Assembly: GCA_964519915.1 (NCBI GenBank)
Contig: CAZFMI010000017.1
Span: forward strand, 1,415 to 65,414
Length of the DNA stretch: 64,000 nt
Source: an uncultured Geomonas sp.
Lineage (GTDB): Bacteria > Desulfobacterota > Desulfuromonadia > Geobacterales > Geobacteraceae
Direction: 5' to 3'
Made by a program: the position numbers and the translations under genes. How positions within the stretch are numbered: the stretch's first letter is position 1; each line of letters opens with the position of its first letter. Below are positions 24,293 through 36,462 of the stretch, piece by piece. The notes beneath the pieces were generated by a model that saw only the letters and a program-made list of their open reading frames with translations, searched no databases and was not told where the DNA came from.

Positions 24293-24985
24293 TTATCGGT
24301 ACTCCCTCTCCCCGAACAGGGCTGAACCCACCCGCACCAGGGTGGCTCCTTCCTCTATGGCGGCCTCGAAATCGCCCGACATCCCCATGGACAACTCGCG
24401 CATCTCCACTCCGGGTACGGCGGCTGCCTCGAGCTCTTTTGCCAACTCCCTGAGGGCCCTGAAATACGGCCGCGCCCCCTCGGGATCGTCAAAAAACGGG
24501 GGCATGGTCATCAACCCGCATACCCTCAGGTTCGGCATCCTGGCGACTTCCTGCACCAGGGCAAGCAGCTCTTCGCTGGTCGCTCCCCCCTTGGTGGCCT
24601 CGCGGGAGATGTTCACCTGGATCAGCACGTCGCAGACCTTGCCGATCGCTCCCCACTGACGATCGATCTCCGTGGCCAGGGAAAGCCTGTCCACGGAGTG
24701 GATCAGGTCGACCAGCCCGGCTATCTGACGCACCTTGTTGCTTTGCAGGTTCCCAATGAAATGCCAGCTTATCTCGCCCGGCAGCTCGGCATGCTTCCCC
24801 ACCAGCTCCTGCACGTAGTTCTCGCCAAAGATCCGCTGCCCGCAACTAAAGGCCTCGGCGACGGCCGCCGCAGGCTTGGTCTTGGAAACGGCCACCAGCC
24901 GCACCGAGCCCGGCTCACGCCCCGACCTGAGGACCGCCTGCGCGATCCGCTCCTCGATCTTGCTGATATGCTCCGCTATCGACAT
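24293..24985 (-). CDS. yggS: YggS-family pyridoxal-phosphate homeostasis protein
   Basis: Start at MSIAEHISKIEERI. LVAVSKTKP (PLP Lys), FGENYVQE, WHFIGNLQSNK and MGMSGDF. Confidence 0.9.
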   Translation of the reverse strand: MSIAEHISKIEERIAQAVLRSGREPGSVRLVAVSKTKPAAAVAEAFSCGQRIFGENYVQELVGKHAELPGEISWHFIGNLQSNKVRQIAGLVDLIHSVDRLSLATEIDRQWGAIGKVCDVLIQVNISREATKGGATSEELLALVQEVARMPNLRVCGLMTMPPFFDDPEGARPYFRALRELAKELEAAAVPGVEMRELSMGMSGDFEAAIEEGATLVRVGSALFGEREYR

Positions 24986-24996
24986 CCTAAACCCCT

Positions 24997-25578
24997 CTAA
25001 ACGGTGAGCGCGCCCATCACCCTGAGCGCGTCCACTACCTCGCAAAGCGGCAGCCCTACCACGTTGGTGTAGGAACCCTCGATCTTTTTCACCATGTGCG
25101 CGGCGCCCCCCTGTATGGCATACCCCCCCGCCTTGTCGAAAGGACAGCCGGTGGCGATGTAACCCAGTATCTCCTCGTTGCGCAGCTGCTTGAAATACAC
25201 CTTGGTGCGCACCGCCTCGCACACGGCGCCGTCACGCTCCCGGTCGTAGATCGCGAACCCTGTCACGACCTCGTGCGGCACGCCGGAGAGCTTCTTCAGC
25301 ATTCGCTCGGCGTCGGCCTGATCCTTGGGCTTCCCCATGATCTCGCCGTCACAAAGTACGATGGTGTCGGCACCCAGGAAAAAACGCCCCTCCGCGCGCG
25401 CGGCAGCGGCCTTGGCCTTGCCATCTGCCAGCCGCAGGACGTGGTCGACCGGGTCCTCGTCCGGTAGCTGGTCCTCGCAGATGTCGGCAGGTACAACCCG
25501 GAAGCTGATCCCGGCGGATTCCAGAAGCTCGCTCCGCCTGGGTGAGGCGGACGCGAGCACTATGCTGTTGCTTTTCAT
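24997..25578 (-). CDS. maf: Maf-like nucleoside triphosphate pyrophosphatase
   Basis: Start at MKSNSIVLASASPRRSELL. GADTIV, GKPKD and AGGYAIQG. Confidence 0.9.
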   Translation of the reverse strand: MKSNSIVLASASPRRSELLESAGISFRVVPADICEDQLPDEDPVDHVLRLADGKAKAAAARAEGRFFLGADTIVLCDGEIMGKPKDQADAERMLKKLSGVPHEVVTGFAIYDRERDGAVCEAVRTKVYFKQLRNEEILGYIATGCPFDKAGGYAIQGGAAHMVKKIEGSYTNVVGLPLCEVVDALRVMGALTV

Positions 25579-25628
25579 CGCGAATCTCCTTCTTTTATCT
25601 CGGTGGGAGCGGCACCTCTGCCGCGTCC

Positions 25629-25802
25629 CTAGTGGTTTTTCTTTAGGGGCGACCGCCGCCATTTGAAGACGAAAAGAGCGGCTGCTGCCAGGATCGCTGC
25701 GCCGATCATGACGTGCCAAAGGCTCGGGACCAGCACGCCGTAAAACAGCGACACCACCCCCATCAGGAAAACCAGCGCCTCCAGCGAAAGCAGGCGCCCC
25801 AT
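25629..25802 (-). CDS. Possible small membrane protein (57 aa)
   Basis: MGRLLSLEALVFLMGVVSLFYGVLVPSLWHVMIGAAILAAAALFVFKW has two hydrophobic helices. AGGAG lies upstream. Confidence 0.35.
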   Translation of the reverse strand: MGRLLSLEALVFLMGVVSLFYGVLVPSLWHVMIGAAILAAAALFVFKWRRSPLKKNH

Positions 25803-25878
25803 GACGCATATCTCCTGGTGCTCCCTGTCTCCCTGCATGGCATCCTCCCGCCCCCGGGGGGCTCGCTGCATAAAAGCG

Positions 25879-27186
25879 TCAGGAGAGCTCCGGCAGCCAC
25901 TTCTCCAACGCTTCCAAGCCGCGCTGGGCCAAAAGCCCGCGCTTTTCCTTCTTCTTGATGCGCCCGGGAAGAGACGGGAAAAGCCCGTAGTTCACGTTCA
26001 TCGGCTGGAAATGCGCCGCCTCGGCGTTGGTGATGTGTCGCGCCAGCGCCCCGATGGCGGTCTCGGCGGGGGGAACCACAGGTTCCTCTCCCCTCACCAG
26101 GCGCGCGGCGTTCACACCGGCTATGAATCCGCTGGAGGCGGACTCCACATACCCCTCGACACCGGTGATCTGCCCGGCGAACAGGATGCGCGGATCGCTC
26201 TTCAGCCTGCAAGTGGCCTGAAGCAGTTGGGGGGCGTTGATGAAGGTGTTCCTGTGCATGGAGCCAAGCCTCAGGAACTGTGCCTGCTCCAGCCCCGGAA
26301 TGGTGCGGAAGATCCGCTTCTGCTCGGGCCAGGTGAGCTTGGTCTGGAAACCGACCAGGTTGTACATGGTCGCCTCCCGGTTCTCCTGGCGCAACTGGAT
26401 CACCGCGTGCGCCTCCGCCCCCACCCTCGGGTCGACCAGTCCCACCGGCTTCATGGGGCCGAAGCGAAGCGTCTCCACGCCGCGGCTCGCCATCTCCTCG
26501 ATGGGCATGCACCCCTCGAAGTGGACCACCTTCTCGAAACTTTTGGGCTCCACCTTCTCCGCCTTCAGGATCTCGTTCACAAACCTGAGGTACTGCTCCT
26601 CGTCCATCGGGCAGTTGAGGTAATCGTCGCCATCCCCCTTGCCGTAGCGGGAGGCGCGGAAGGCCTTGGCATAGTCGATGGAATCGGCTGAGACGATCGG
26701 CGCGATGGCGTCGTAGAAGTACAGGTAGGTCCCGGCCAGGCGCCCGATCTCTTCCGCCAGCGCGCCGGCGGTAAGCGGCCCGGAGGCTACCACCACGACC
26801 CCCTCGCCCGGGATGCGCGTCACCTCTTCCCGGACCACCTCGATGAGCGGGTGGCTCTCGATCCGCCCGGTTATGTACTGCGAGAAGAGCTCCCGGTCGA
26901 CTGCAAGCGCGCCCCCGGCGGGGACGCGGGTGGCCTCCGCCCCCTCCATGAACAGGGCGTCGAGCCTCCTCAGCTCCTCCTTCAAGAGCCCCACTGCGTT
27001 CTCCAGAGAATCGCCCCGAAGCGAGTTGGAGCAGACCAGCTCGCTCAAGCCCGGGAGGTGATGCGCCTGGCTGAAAACCGCCGGCTTCATCTCGAAAAGC
27101 CGGACCTTCACGCCGCGCTTCGCTATCTGCCAGGCAGCCTCGCAACCGGCGAGCCCGCCGCCTATTACCGTAACCACTTCAGTCAT
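25879..27186 (-). CDS. trmFO: Methylenetetrahydrofolate--tRNA-(uracil54-C5)-methyltransferase TrmFO
   Basis: [25 protein letters not shown]... with full-length TrmFO/Gid similarity. AGGAGA RBS. Confidence 0.92.
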   Translation of the reverse strand: MTEVVTVIGGGLAGCEAAWQIAKRGVKVRLFEMKPAVFSQAHHLPGLSELVCSNSLRGDSLENAVGLLKEELRRLDALFMEGAEATRVPAGGALAVDRELFSQYITGRIESHPLIEVVREEVTRIPGEGVVVVASGPLTAGALAEEIGRLAGTYLYFYDAIAPIVSADSIDYAKAFRASRYGKGDGDDYLNCPMDEEQYLRFVNEILKAEKVEPKSFEKVVHFEGCMPIEEMASRGVETLRFGPMKPVGLVDPRVGAEAHAVIQLRQENREATMYNLVGFQTKLTWPEQKRIFRTIPGLEQAQFLRLGSMHRNTFINAPQLLQATCRLKSDPRILFAGQITGVEGYVESASSGFIAGVNAARLVRGEEPVVPPAETAIGALARHITNAEAAHFQPMNVNYGLFPSLPGRIKKKEKRGLLAQRGLEALEKWLPELS

Positions 27187-27341
27187 CGTTTCTCCTAAAA
27201 ACCCGCTCGCGCAAAGCCGCAAAGCGAAACTCTACTTCCCGGCGCCGTTGCGCCTTTTGCGCGACCCTGCCTCTAAACGAAAGCGGGGTCCGAAGACCCC
27301 GCCCGACATAATACCATGATCCTGCCGCCAAGCCCGGAGCG

Positions 27342-29681
<2,340 letters not shown>

Positions 29682-29732
29682 GTGACCACCTGGTTACGGT
29701 ATTTTCCGCTTTTTGCGTTCCTCACGCCGCGA

Positions 29733-30812
29733 TCACGCGACGACGAAACGTTTGCCGGGGAGCTGCGTTACGGCTCCCTTCAACTCCAAGCGCAGTAAGG
29801 TAGCGGAAACCTCGCCGGCTGTCAACGCGCTGTGAACGATGATGTCGTCTATCTGCAACGCCCCCTGGCAGAGCAGGGCGTATATCTCCGCCTCCCGGGG
29901 GGTGAGCTCGAATGACGGCGGCCTGGGCTGCGGCTGCGTGGCCAGAGGCTCTATGGAGAGCTCCTCCAGGATATCCTCCACCCGCTCCACCAGCTTCGCC
30001 CCCTCCTTTATCAGGCCGTTCGCCCCCCGGCTGCCGCTCATGGTGACGTTGCCCGGGACCGCGAACACCTCTCGCCCCTGCTCCAGCGCATAGCGCGCCG
30101 TGATGAGCGAACCGCTCGCCTCTCCAGCCTCCACGACCAGCACCCCCCTGGAGAGGGCGCTGATGATGCGGTTTCGCCTGGGGAAGTTCTCCGACAGGGG
30201 GGGAGTCCCCATGGGGAACTCGCTGATGAGCGCGCCGTTTTCCGCCAGCGCCCGGTAGAGCGCCCCGTTTTCCGGCGGGTAGAGCAGGTCGATGCCGCAG
30301 CCGAGGATGGCTATGCTGCGCCCGCCGGCCTTGAGCGCACCCCAGTGGGCGGCGGTATCGATGCCGCGCGCCATCCCCGAGACGACTGTCACCCCCTGCA
30401 GCGCCAGGTCGCGCGCCAGACGTGAGGCCGTGCCGAGGCCGTATTGCGAGGCGCGCCTGGAGCCCACGATGGCGACGGCGGTCTCGCTCCCCGCCAGTTC
30501 CCCCTTCAGGTAGAAGTAGGGAGGAGGATCCGGGATCTCCATCAAAAGGCGCGGATAGCGTCCGGAAAGGACGTCGATCACCTGGGCGCCGCTTGCCGCG
30601 ACCTTCTCGCACTCGGCCCGGGCGGGCTCCCGGTAGTCGTGGCTCGCGATCGCCTCAGCGACGGCGCTGCTCACCCCCTTCACCAGGGAGAGTTCCTGCG
30701 GCGAGGCGTCAAGCGCCCGCTGCGGCGTCCCGAAGCGGGACAGAAGGCGCAGGAAGGTGACGTTTCCCACCAGCGGCACCGACTTCAGGGCAAACCAGTA
30801 GTAGTGATCCAT
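29733..30812 (-). CDS. dprA: DNA-processing protein DprA (Smf)
   Basis: VAIVGSRRAS, VVSGMARGIDTAAH and LVVEAGEASGSLITA. Confidence 0.9.
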   Translation of the reverse strand: MDHYYWFALKSVPLVGNVTFLRLLSRFGTPQRALDASPQELSLVKGVSSAVAEAIASHDYREPARAECEKVAASGAQVIDVLSGRYPRLLMEIPDPPPYFYLKGELAGSETAVAIVGSRRASQYGLGTASRLARDLALQGVTVVSGMARGIDTAAHWGALKAGGRSIAILGCGIDLLYPPENGALYRALAENGALISEFPMGTPPLSENFPRRNRIISALSRGVLVVEAGEASGSLITARYALEQGREVFAVPGNVTMSGSRGANGLIKEGAKLVERVEDILEELSIEPLATQPQPRPPSFELTPREAEIYALLCQGALQIDDIIVHSALTAGEVSATLLRLELKGAVTQLPGKRFVVA

Positions 30813-30833
30813 GGGGTTACCCCCTTTGGCCTG

Positions 30834-31883
30834 CTACCTGCTCTTCTTGAGTTCCACCCGGTCGCCGCGGTAGACCGTGTCGACGCTCTTCACGATGACG
30901 GCGGTGGAGCTGTTCTGGGCGGTGGAAACGACCACCAGCGCCCCGACCACCTCGACCGGAAGCTTCTCGACCTTGGCCAGGGAGTAGCGCTGGTCCGGCG
31001 TCACGTCCCGCACGATGTAGAGCATGTTGCCGGGCTGGACCCCCTGGGCCTTGCCGAGGTCGAGGAACACCACGTCGTTGACGGCAAGGACCTTGTTGCC
31101 GGTCTGGGTCTGCACGATGTACCCGATCAGGTCCCGGTCAGCCGCCTTGAGCGCTACGGTCAGCTTCCTTTCACGGAAGGGAAGCAGGAAGGAGCCGGCG
31201 CTGATCTCCTGGAAGGAGTTGGTGATGATCGCCTTGGAGACCTTTTCCTCTACCTCGGAGAGCTGGAGCTCCCCAAGCGGCATCACCTGCTGACCCAGGA
31301 TCATGTTGGTGAGCGGGTGGCTCACCGCCCCTATCCTCTTGTAGACGGAGAAGCGGTCCCCGGCGTTCGCGCCGTGCAGCGTGCCGATGTCCGTGTAGAC
31401 GATGTCGTCGGTCCCGGCCATCTCGCGGTTTTGGTGCAGGGAGAGGATCACCCCGGAAGGGCGCATCCCGTCCTCCACCAGGAATCCCTCGCTGCCGTTG
31501 ACGGTGAACACCGCGGCCTGGGGGGCATCTTCGGCCACCGGCTCGGCCGCCGGGGGGACCGCCGGCTTTGCGGCCTGGGGAGCGGGGACCGGCGCCTGGG
31601 CCGGAGCCTGCCCCGGCGCCGGTTCGATCTCGATCCTGTCGCTGTAGACCCGAAGCCGCTGCCCCGGGTAGATGAAGTGGGGATTGCCTATGGCCTGGTT
31701 GGCCGCCCAGAGGTTGGGCCAGTAATACGGGTCTTTCAGGAAACGCTGGGATAGCCCCCAAAGGGTGTCCCCAGGCACTATGGTGTAGACGGTGGGTTGT
31801 TCCTGCCCCTGCTCGGCTGCGGCAAGCGGGGCGGTGGCTGCGACAGCCAGGAAGAGCAATGCCAAAATGAGGTGTTTTTTCAT
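30834..31883 (-). CDS. LysM-domain peptidoglycan-binding protein
   Basis: Signal peptide, then YTIVPGDTLWGLSQRFLKDPYYWPNLW...IYPGQRL (LysM). Confidence 0.85.
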   Translation of the reverse strand: MKKHLILALLFLAVAATAPLAAAEQGQEQPTVYTIVPGDTLWGLSQRFLKDPYYWPNLWAANQAIGNPHFIYPGQRLRVYSDRIEIEPAPGQAPAQAPVPAPQAAKPAVPPAAEPVAEDAPQAAVFTVNGSEGFLVEDGMRPSGVILSLHQNREMAGTDDIVYTDIGTLHGANAGDRFSVYKRIGAVSHPLTNMILGQQVMPLGELQLSEVEEKVSKAIITNSFQEISAGSFLLPFRERKLTVALKAADRDLIGYIVQTQTGNKVLAVNDVVFLDLGKAQGVQPGNMLYIVRDVTPDQRYSLAKVEKLPVEVVGALVVVSTAQNSSTAVIVKSVDTVYRGDRVELKKSR

Positions 31884-32287
31884 ACGCTCCTTGAGGGGCT
31901 TGCCGGCGCCCCACCCTCCTCCTCGCCTTGGCGCCTGCCGGGCGGGGGTGTTGATTCATGACCACAGAAGATGACCTGCGTGATGCCATTCATTAGATCT
32001 GCGTCCGTCCCGGAAGGGAAAACGCGGTGAGGACGGCTCGCGAAACCGCATGGAACGGGGGCTCGGAAAAGGGTGCGGAGCGCCCCCGCTTATCCTTACC
32101 CGAAAAAAATTTAACATAATTAAAGCCTTTTGCCCATCGTTGTCAAGGAGAAAGCGCCTTTTGGGGGGTTCATTATCTGCGCGGTATGTGCTAGTTTGTC
32201 CCGTCGAGGCGGCAAGCCGGACCGGCAAAACGGACCGGTCCGACCTGAAGGGAGGCGGGAGTTTTTGGGAAAAGGGGAGGAGCAGGG

Positions 32288-33574
32288 TTGACAGGTATCG
32301 GACGGGCAACTGGAACAGGGAAAGATGCACAGGCGGCTTCGCGCGCCAAACCGGAGCTCTTGGCGCCGGCGGGGAACATGGAGAAGCTCAAGGTGGCCAT
32401 CCGCTACGGCGCGGACGCGGTCTACCTCGGGGGGAAGGCGTTCGGCCTCAGGAACCTCGCGGGCAACTTCACCGGGGAGGAGCTCTCCCACGCGGTGGAT
32501 TACGCGCACCGGCGCGGGGTGAAGGTATACCTCACGGTGAACGCCTTTCCCGACAACTCGGACCTCGTGCGGCTCGAGCGCTATCTGGACGAGATCGCGG
32601 AGATCCCTTTCGACGCCTTCATCGCCGCGGACCCCGGGGTGATAGACCTGATGGCCGGGCGCTACCCTGAGCGCGAGATCCACCTTTCCACCCAGGCCAA
32701 CACGACCAACTGGCGTTCGGCCCGCTTCTGGCAGTCCCAGGGAGTGAAAAGGGTGAACCTGGCGCGCGAGATGTCCCTGGAGCATATCGGCGAAACGGCT
32801 GAAAATTGCGACCTGGAGCTGGAGGTGTTCGTGCACGGCGCCATGTGCATATCCTATTCGGGGCGCTGCCTGCTCTCCAGTGCCATGACCGGCAGGGACG
32901 CGAACAAGGGGGAGTGCACCCAGCCCTGCCGCTGGAACTACGCCATCGTCGAGGAGAGCCGCCCGGGGGAGTACTTCCCGATCCATGAGGACGACAGCGG
33001 CACCTTCATATTCAACTCCAAGGACCTCTGCCTCATCGAGCATCTGCCGGCGCTGGTGGAAAGCGGCGTGCATTCGCTGAAGATCGAGGGGCGCATGAAG
33101 GGGATCTACTACGCGGCGAGCGTGATCAGGATCTACCGGGAGGCGCTGGACAGCTACTGGGACGACCCCGGGAGGTACCGGCTCAAGCCCGAATGGCTGG
33201 AGGAGCTGAGCAAGGTGAGCCACAGAGGCTACACCACCGGCTTCCTGCTCGGCAGGCCGCGCGACGTCGATCATGAGTACCTCTCAAGCTACGTCCGCAA
33301 CTTCGAGTTCGTGGCCATGGTCGAGGGGGAGGCCCCCTGCGGCGGAGCCCTGGTCGGCGTCAGGAACCGGCTGCAGGTCGGGGACGTGCTGGAGCTGATC
33401 GGGGAGGGGTCGAGTTTCACCCGTTTCACGCTGGAGGGGATGCAGGACGAAGACGGCCTGCCGCTCCAGGTGGCGCACCCGAACCAGAGGGTGGTCCTCC
33501 CCGGCCTGGCGTCAGCCTGCGAGTTCGACCTGATCAGGCGTGAGAAGCCGGCAGCGGCGGGCTCCAACCCCTGA
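32288..33574 (+). CDS. Peptidase U32 family protein
   Basis: PELLAPAGN and the U32 signature LEVFVHGAMCISYSGRCLLSS. The start codon is uncertain (TTG in the track). Confidence 0.85.
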   Translation: MTGIGRATGTGKDAQAASRAKPELLAPAGNMEKLKVAIRYGADAVYLGGKAFGLRNLAGNFTGEELSHAVDYAHRRGVKVYLTVNAFPDNSDLVRLERYLDEIAEIPFDAFIAADPGVIDLMAGRYPEREIHLSTQANTTNWRSARFWQSQGVKRVNLAREMSLEHIGETAENCDLELEVFVHGAMCISYSGRCLLSSAMTGRDANKGECTQPCRWNYAIVEESRPGEYFPIHEDDSGTFIFNSKDLCLIEHLPALVESGVHSLKIEGRMKGIYYAASVIRIYREALDSYWDDPGRYRLKPEWLEELSKVSHRGYTTGFLLGRPRDVDHEYLSSYVRNFEFVAMVEGEAPCGGALVGVRNRLQVGDVLELIGEGSSFTRFTLEGMQDEDGLPLQVAHPNQRVVLPGLASACEFDLIRREKPAAAGSNP

Positions 33575-33679
33575 ACCATCGGCCACCGAGAGTATCTGAG
33601 GAAATCCGGGGAGGACGGGAGCCTTAAAGGGTTTGCGCCTCTCTCAGAAGTTCTCGGACTTTCTCCGTGGCCAACGGTT

Positions 33680-34627
33680 TTACTGTCCTCCGATCACGAC
33701 ATTCTTGCCGCTGTTCTTCGCCCTGTAAAGGAGCTTGTCGGCGCAATCGAGGAGGGCCGCTGCCTCGGCGCCGTCCCCCGGGAAGGCCGCCACCCCGATA
33801 CTGACGGTGACGCGCCGCAGGGGCTGGGTCTCTCTCCCCGCGAAAGGATAGCCAGCCACCCTCTCCCTCAACCCCTCCGCGATCATGAGCGCCGCGTCCC
33901 TGGAGGTCTCCGGCAGCAACAGGACGAACTCCTCGCCGCCGTAGCGCGCAGCGATGTCGCACGCTCTCAGGTGCGACATCATGATCTGGGCCAGCGTCTT
34001 CAAAAGCGCGTCCCCCTGCGGGTGACCGTGGGTGTCGTTGTAGGTCTTGAAGTTGTCCACATCGATGAAGACGAGGCAGCACGGTTTCTCGTAGCGCCTG
34101 GACCTCGCCACCTCCAGCGCCAGCGCCTCCTGGAAATAGCGGTGGTTGTAAAGGGAGGTGAGGCCGTCCCGGACCGCCATCTCCTTCAGGGCGCTGTTCG
34201 CCTCCTGCAACTCCTCGTTGGCCCGGGTGAGCTGCTCCAGGAGCTCCCGGTTCTGGGCCACCAGCCGCGCCTTTTCGGCAGCCCTCCCCGCGACGGCGGA
34301 GATCAGGTCGAGACTCTCGAACGGCTTCACCAGATAGTCATAGGCGCCCGCCCTGAGCGCGGTGATCGCGCTGTCCAGCGAGGCGTGGCTGGTCATGATC
34401 ACCACCTGGGTGTCGGGGCTGCGCTTTTTGATCTCGCTGAGCAGCTCGATGCCGCTCATCCCCCCCATCCTGATGTCGGTGATCACCAGCTGGTGCGCTT
34501 GAACCCGGAACGCCTCCAGCGCCTCCTCGCCGCTGGCGGCCTCGGCAACGGTGAACCCGTCCGCGCACAACACCTGCGACACCACGCTTCTCAAGGTTTC
34601 TTCGTCGTCAACGACAAGCAGATGCAT
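33680..34627 (-). CDS. Response regulator with GGDEF diguanylate cyclase output domain
   Basis: REC domain (MHLLVVDDEE, ITDIRMGGMSG). GGDEF domain with RYGGEEFVLLL and an RxxD-like I-site context. Confidence 0.9.
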   Translation of the reverse strand: MHLLVVDDEETLRSVVSQVLCADGFTVAEAASGEEALEAFRVQAHQLVITDIRMGGMSGIELLSEIKKRSPDTQVVIMTSHASLDSAITALRAGAYDYLVKPFESLDLISAVAGRAAEKARLVAQNRELLEQLTRANEELQEANSALKEMAVRDGLTSLYNHRYFQEALALEVARSRRYEKPCCLVFIDVDNFKTYNDTHGHPQGDALLKTLAQIMMSHLRACDIAARYGGEEFVLLLPETSRDAALMIAEGLRERVAGYPFAGRETQPLRRVTVSIGVAAFPGDGAEAAALLDCADKLLYRAKNSGKNVVIGGQ

Positions 34628-34639
34628 GCGTCTCCTCCT

Positions 34640-36424
34640 TTATGCTGCGGCGGCCGCCGTCGAGGGAGGGAGGGTTATGATGAAGGTGGTCCCCTCCCCC
34701 TCCTCGCTCTCCAGGCGGATCTCGCCGCCGTGATCCTTCACGATGCCGTAGCTGACCGAAAGGCCGAGTCCCGTCCCCTGCCCCGCCGGCTTGGTGGTGA
34801 AGAAGGGATCGAAGATCTTCCCCTGGATCTCCCTCCTTATGCCCGGTCCCGTGTCGCTCACCCGCAATTCCACACCGCCGCGTTCCAGCCTTCTCGCCGC
34901 GAGCTTCACCGTACCGGGCCTCCCCGTCATCGCCTGCTGCGCGTTTATCATCAGGTTCATGAGCACCTGCTGCAGCTGGTTCGCGTTCCCCCGGCAGGCC
35001 GGCATCCCCGGCTCCAGCTCCTTTTCCACCTTGATGCTGTTGATGCCCAGCTGGTGGTCGACTATGGCCAGCGCGTCGGCCACCACCTGGGCTATGTCGA
35101 CCTCGTCGAATTCGACCTGCTCCTGGCGGGCGAACTTCAGCAGGTTCTCGATGATGGTCTTGCAGCGCTTGGTCTCCTTCTCGATGATGCGCAGGTTCTT
35201 CTCCAGGGGGTTGCCTTCCTCGACCCCCCTCAGCGAGAGCTGGGCGATCCCGAGGATCCCCGCCAGCGGGTTCTTCACCTCGTGGGCGATCCCCGCGCCA
35301 AGCGACCCGAAGGCCGCCATCTTCTCCGACTGGACCAGTTGCCCGTAGAGCTCTTTCAACGCTTTCTCCCGCACTTTCAGCTCCTGCGCCATCTTGTTGA
35401 AGGAGTCGGCAAGCGCGCCGATCTCGTCCTTGGAATGGGCCTTCACCTCGATCTCGAAACGCCCCTGACCCACCATCCGGGTCGCCTCGGAGAGCTTCTC
35501 GATGGGACGCGTCAGGCGCCGCGACCAGAACTGGCTCAAAAGCGCCGCTCCCGCCAGGAGGACCAGGGAGAGGAGCAGGAGATCCCCAAGGAGCTCCCTG
35601 GAGGTAAGGTAAGCGGCGCTTTTGGGTATCTGCACGCCCACGACGCCCCCCCCGAGCGGGATGCCGGAGAACCCTCCCACCATCTCCTTCCCCAGGTTCT
35701 CGTATTCCAGGGTCATCCCTTGGGCGCGCGCGTCTTTCACCCTGCTCCACCACTCGGGCCCGGGGGCCGTCCCCACCTTCGAGGGGTCGGCATGCGCCAG
35801 GTAGCGCCCGGACGCGTCCACCAGGAAGGTGTCGAAGACACGGGAACGCCGGGCCAGCTCCTGCACCCTTTCCAGCCGGATTACGGCGGAGGTGGTCACC
35901 GCAGCTTCCCCCTTGGCAGCAGGCTCGGCGATGGTGAGGGTGAGGGTCGGGAACCCGGGGGACACGGTGGAATTTTCCAGGTACGGCTGGTCGGCGGGGA
36001 GCCCCGCCGGCAGGGGGTGGGCCGCCCGGAAGGCGAGGAGCTCCTCCTTCTTCACGCCGCCGGCGGACAGCGCCGCCGCGTCATAGACGGTCTCGGAGCC
36101 CGCGGCGCCCCTTCTGGTCACCATGACGAACTCCCCGAACTCCTCGAAGAGCGCCTGCAGCAGCTGGTCGCGCCCCGCCGTCTCCTGGTCGGCCATCACC
36201 CGCGCGAAGAGCTTCAGCTTCTCGCGGTACCCGGCCAGGAGCGTGTTCGCCTCCTCCGCGGTGTGCAGCACCACCGTCGAGGTGAGGTCGTGGATGTAGG
36301 CGGTCTTGTCCGCCTGGAACAGGTTCGCCATGGTGAAGGAGATCAGGCTCAGCACTACCGACACCACCAGCAGTTGGGAGAGCAGCATCTTGAACCTGAG
36401 CGGGAATTTCAGTCTGTTTTGCAT
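34640..36424 (-). CDS. Sensor histidine kinase (periplasmic sensor domain, HAMP, HisKA, HATPase)
   Basis: H-box GIAHEVKNPL, N box LMNLMINAQQAM and G boxes DTGPGI / GTGLGLS. Start moved to MQNRLKF (GGAGGAGG RBS). Confidence 0.9.
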   Translation of the reverse strand: MQNRLKFPLRFKMLLSQLLVVSVVLSLISFTMANLFQADKTAYIHDLTSTVVLHTAEEANTLLAGYREKLKLFARVMADQETAGRDQLLQALFEEFGEFVMVTRRGAAGSETVYDAAALSAGGVKKEELLAFRAAHPLPAGLPADQPYLENSTVSPGFPTLTLTIAEPAAKGEAAVTTSAVIRLERVQELARRSRVFDTFLVDASGRYLAHADPSKVGTAPGPEWWSRVKDARAQGMTLEYENLGKEMVGGFSGIPLGGGVVGVQIPKSAAYLTSRELLGDLLLLSLVLLAGAALLSQFWSRRLTRPIEKLSEATRMVGQGRFEIEVKAHSKDEIGALADSFNKMAQELKVREKALKELYGQLVQSEKMAAFGSLGAGIAHEVKNPLAGILGIAQLSLRGVEEGNPLEKNLRIIEKETKRCKTIIENLLKFARQEQVEFDEVDIAQVVADALAIVDHQLGINSIKVEKELEPGMPACRGNANQLQQVLMNLMINAQQAMTGRPGTVKLAARRLERGGVELRVSDTGPGIRREIQGKIFDPFFTTKPAGQGTGLGLSVSYGIVKDHGGEIRLESEEGEGTTFIITLPPSTAAAAA

Positions 36425-36462
36425 CCGGTCCTCCTCCGCGATGGGCACCTACGTCCTCCTCG

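Noticed and set aside
25763-27145. 460 aa minus-strand ORF in another frame of trmFO
   Set aside because: The trmFO frame has the GGGLAG FAD motif and full-length family similarity. The alternative frame is Arg/Gly/Pro-rich.
31884-32287. Possible riboswitch or ncRNA in the 400 bp gap between the LysM gene and the U32 peptidase gene
   Set aside because: I looked for GEMM (c-di-GMP) ACGCAAAGC-type cores and other familiar motifs and recognised none. The 124 aa ORF here (31956..32330) has an implausible composition. This is left unassigned rather than claimed.
32120-33274. 384 aa minus-strand ORF
   Set aside because: It is antisense to the U32 peptidase, which carries the EVFVHGAMCISYSGRC signature.
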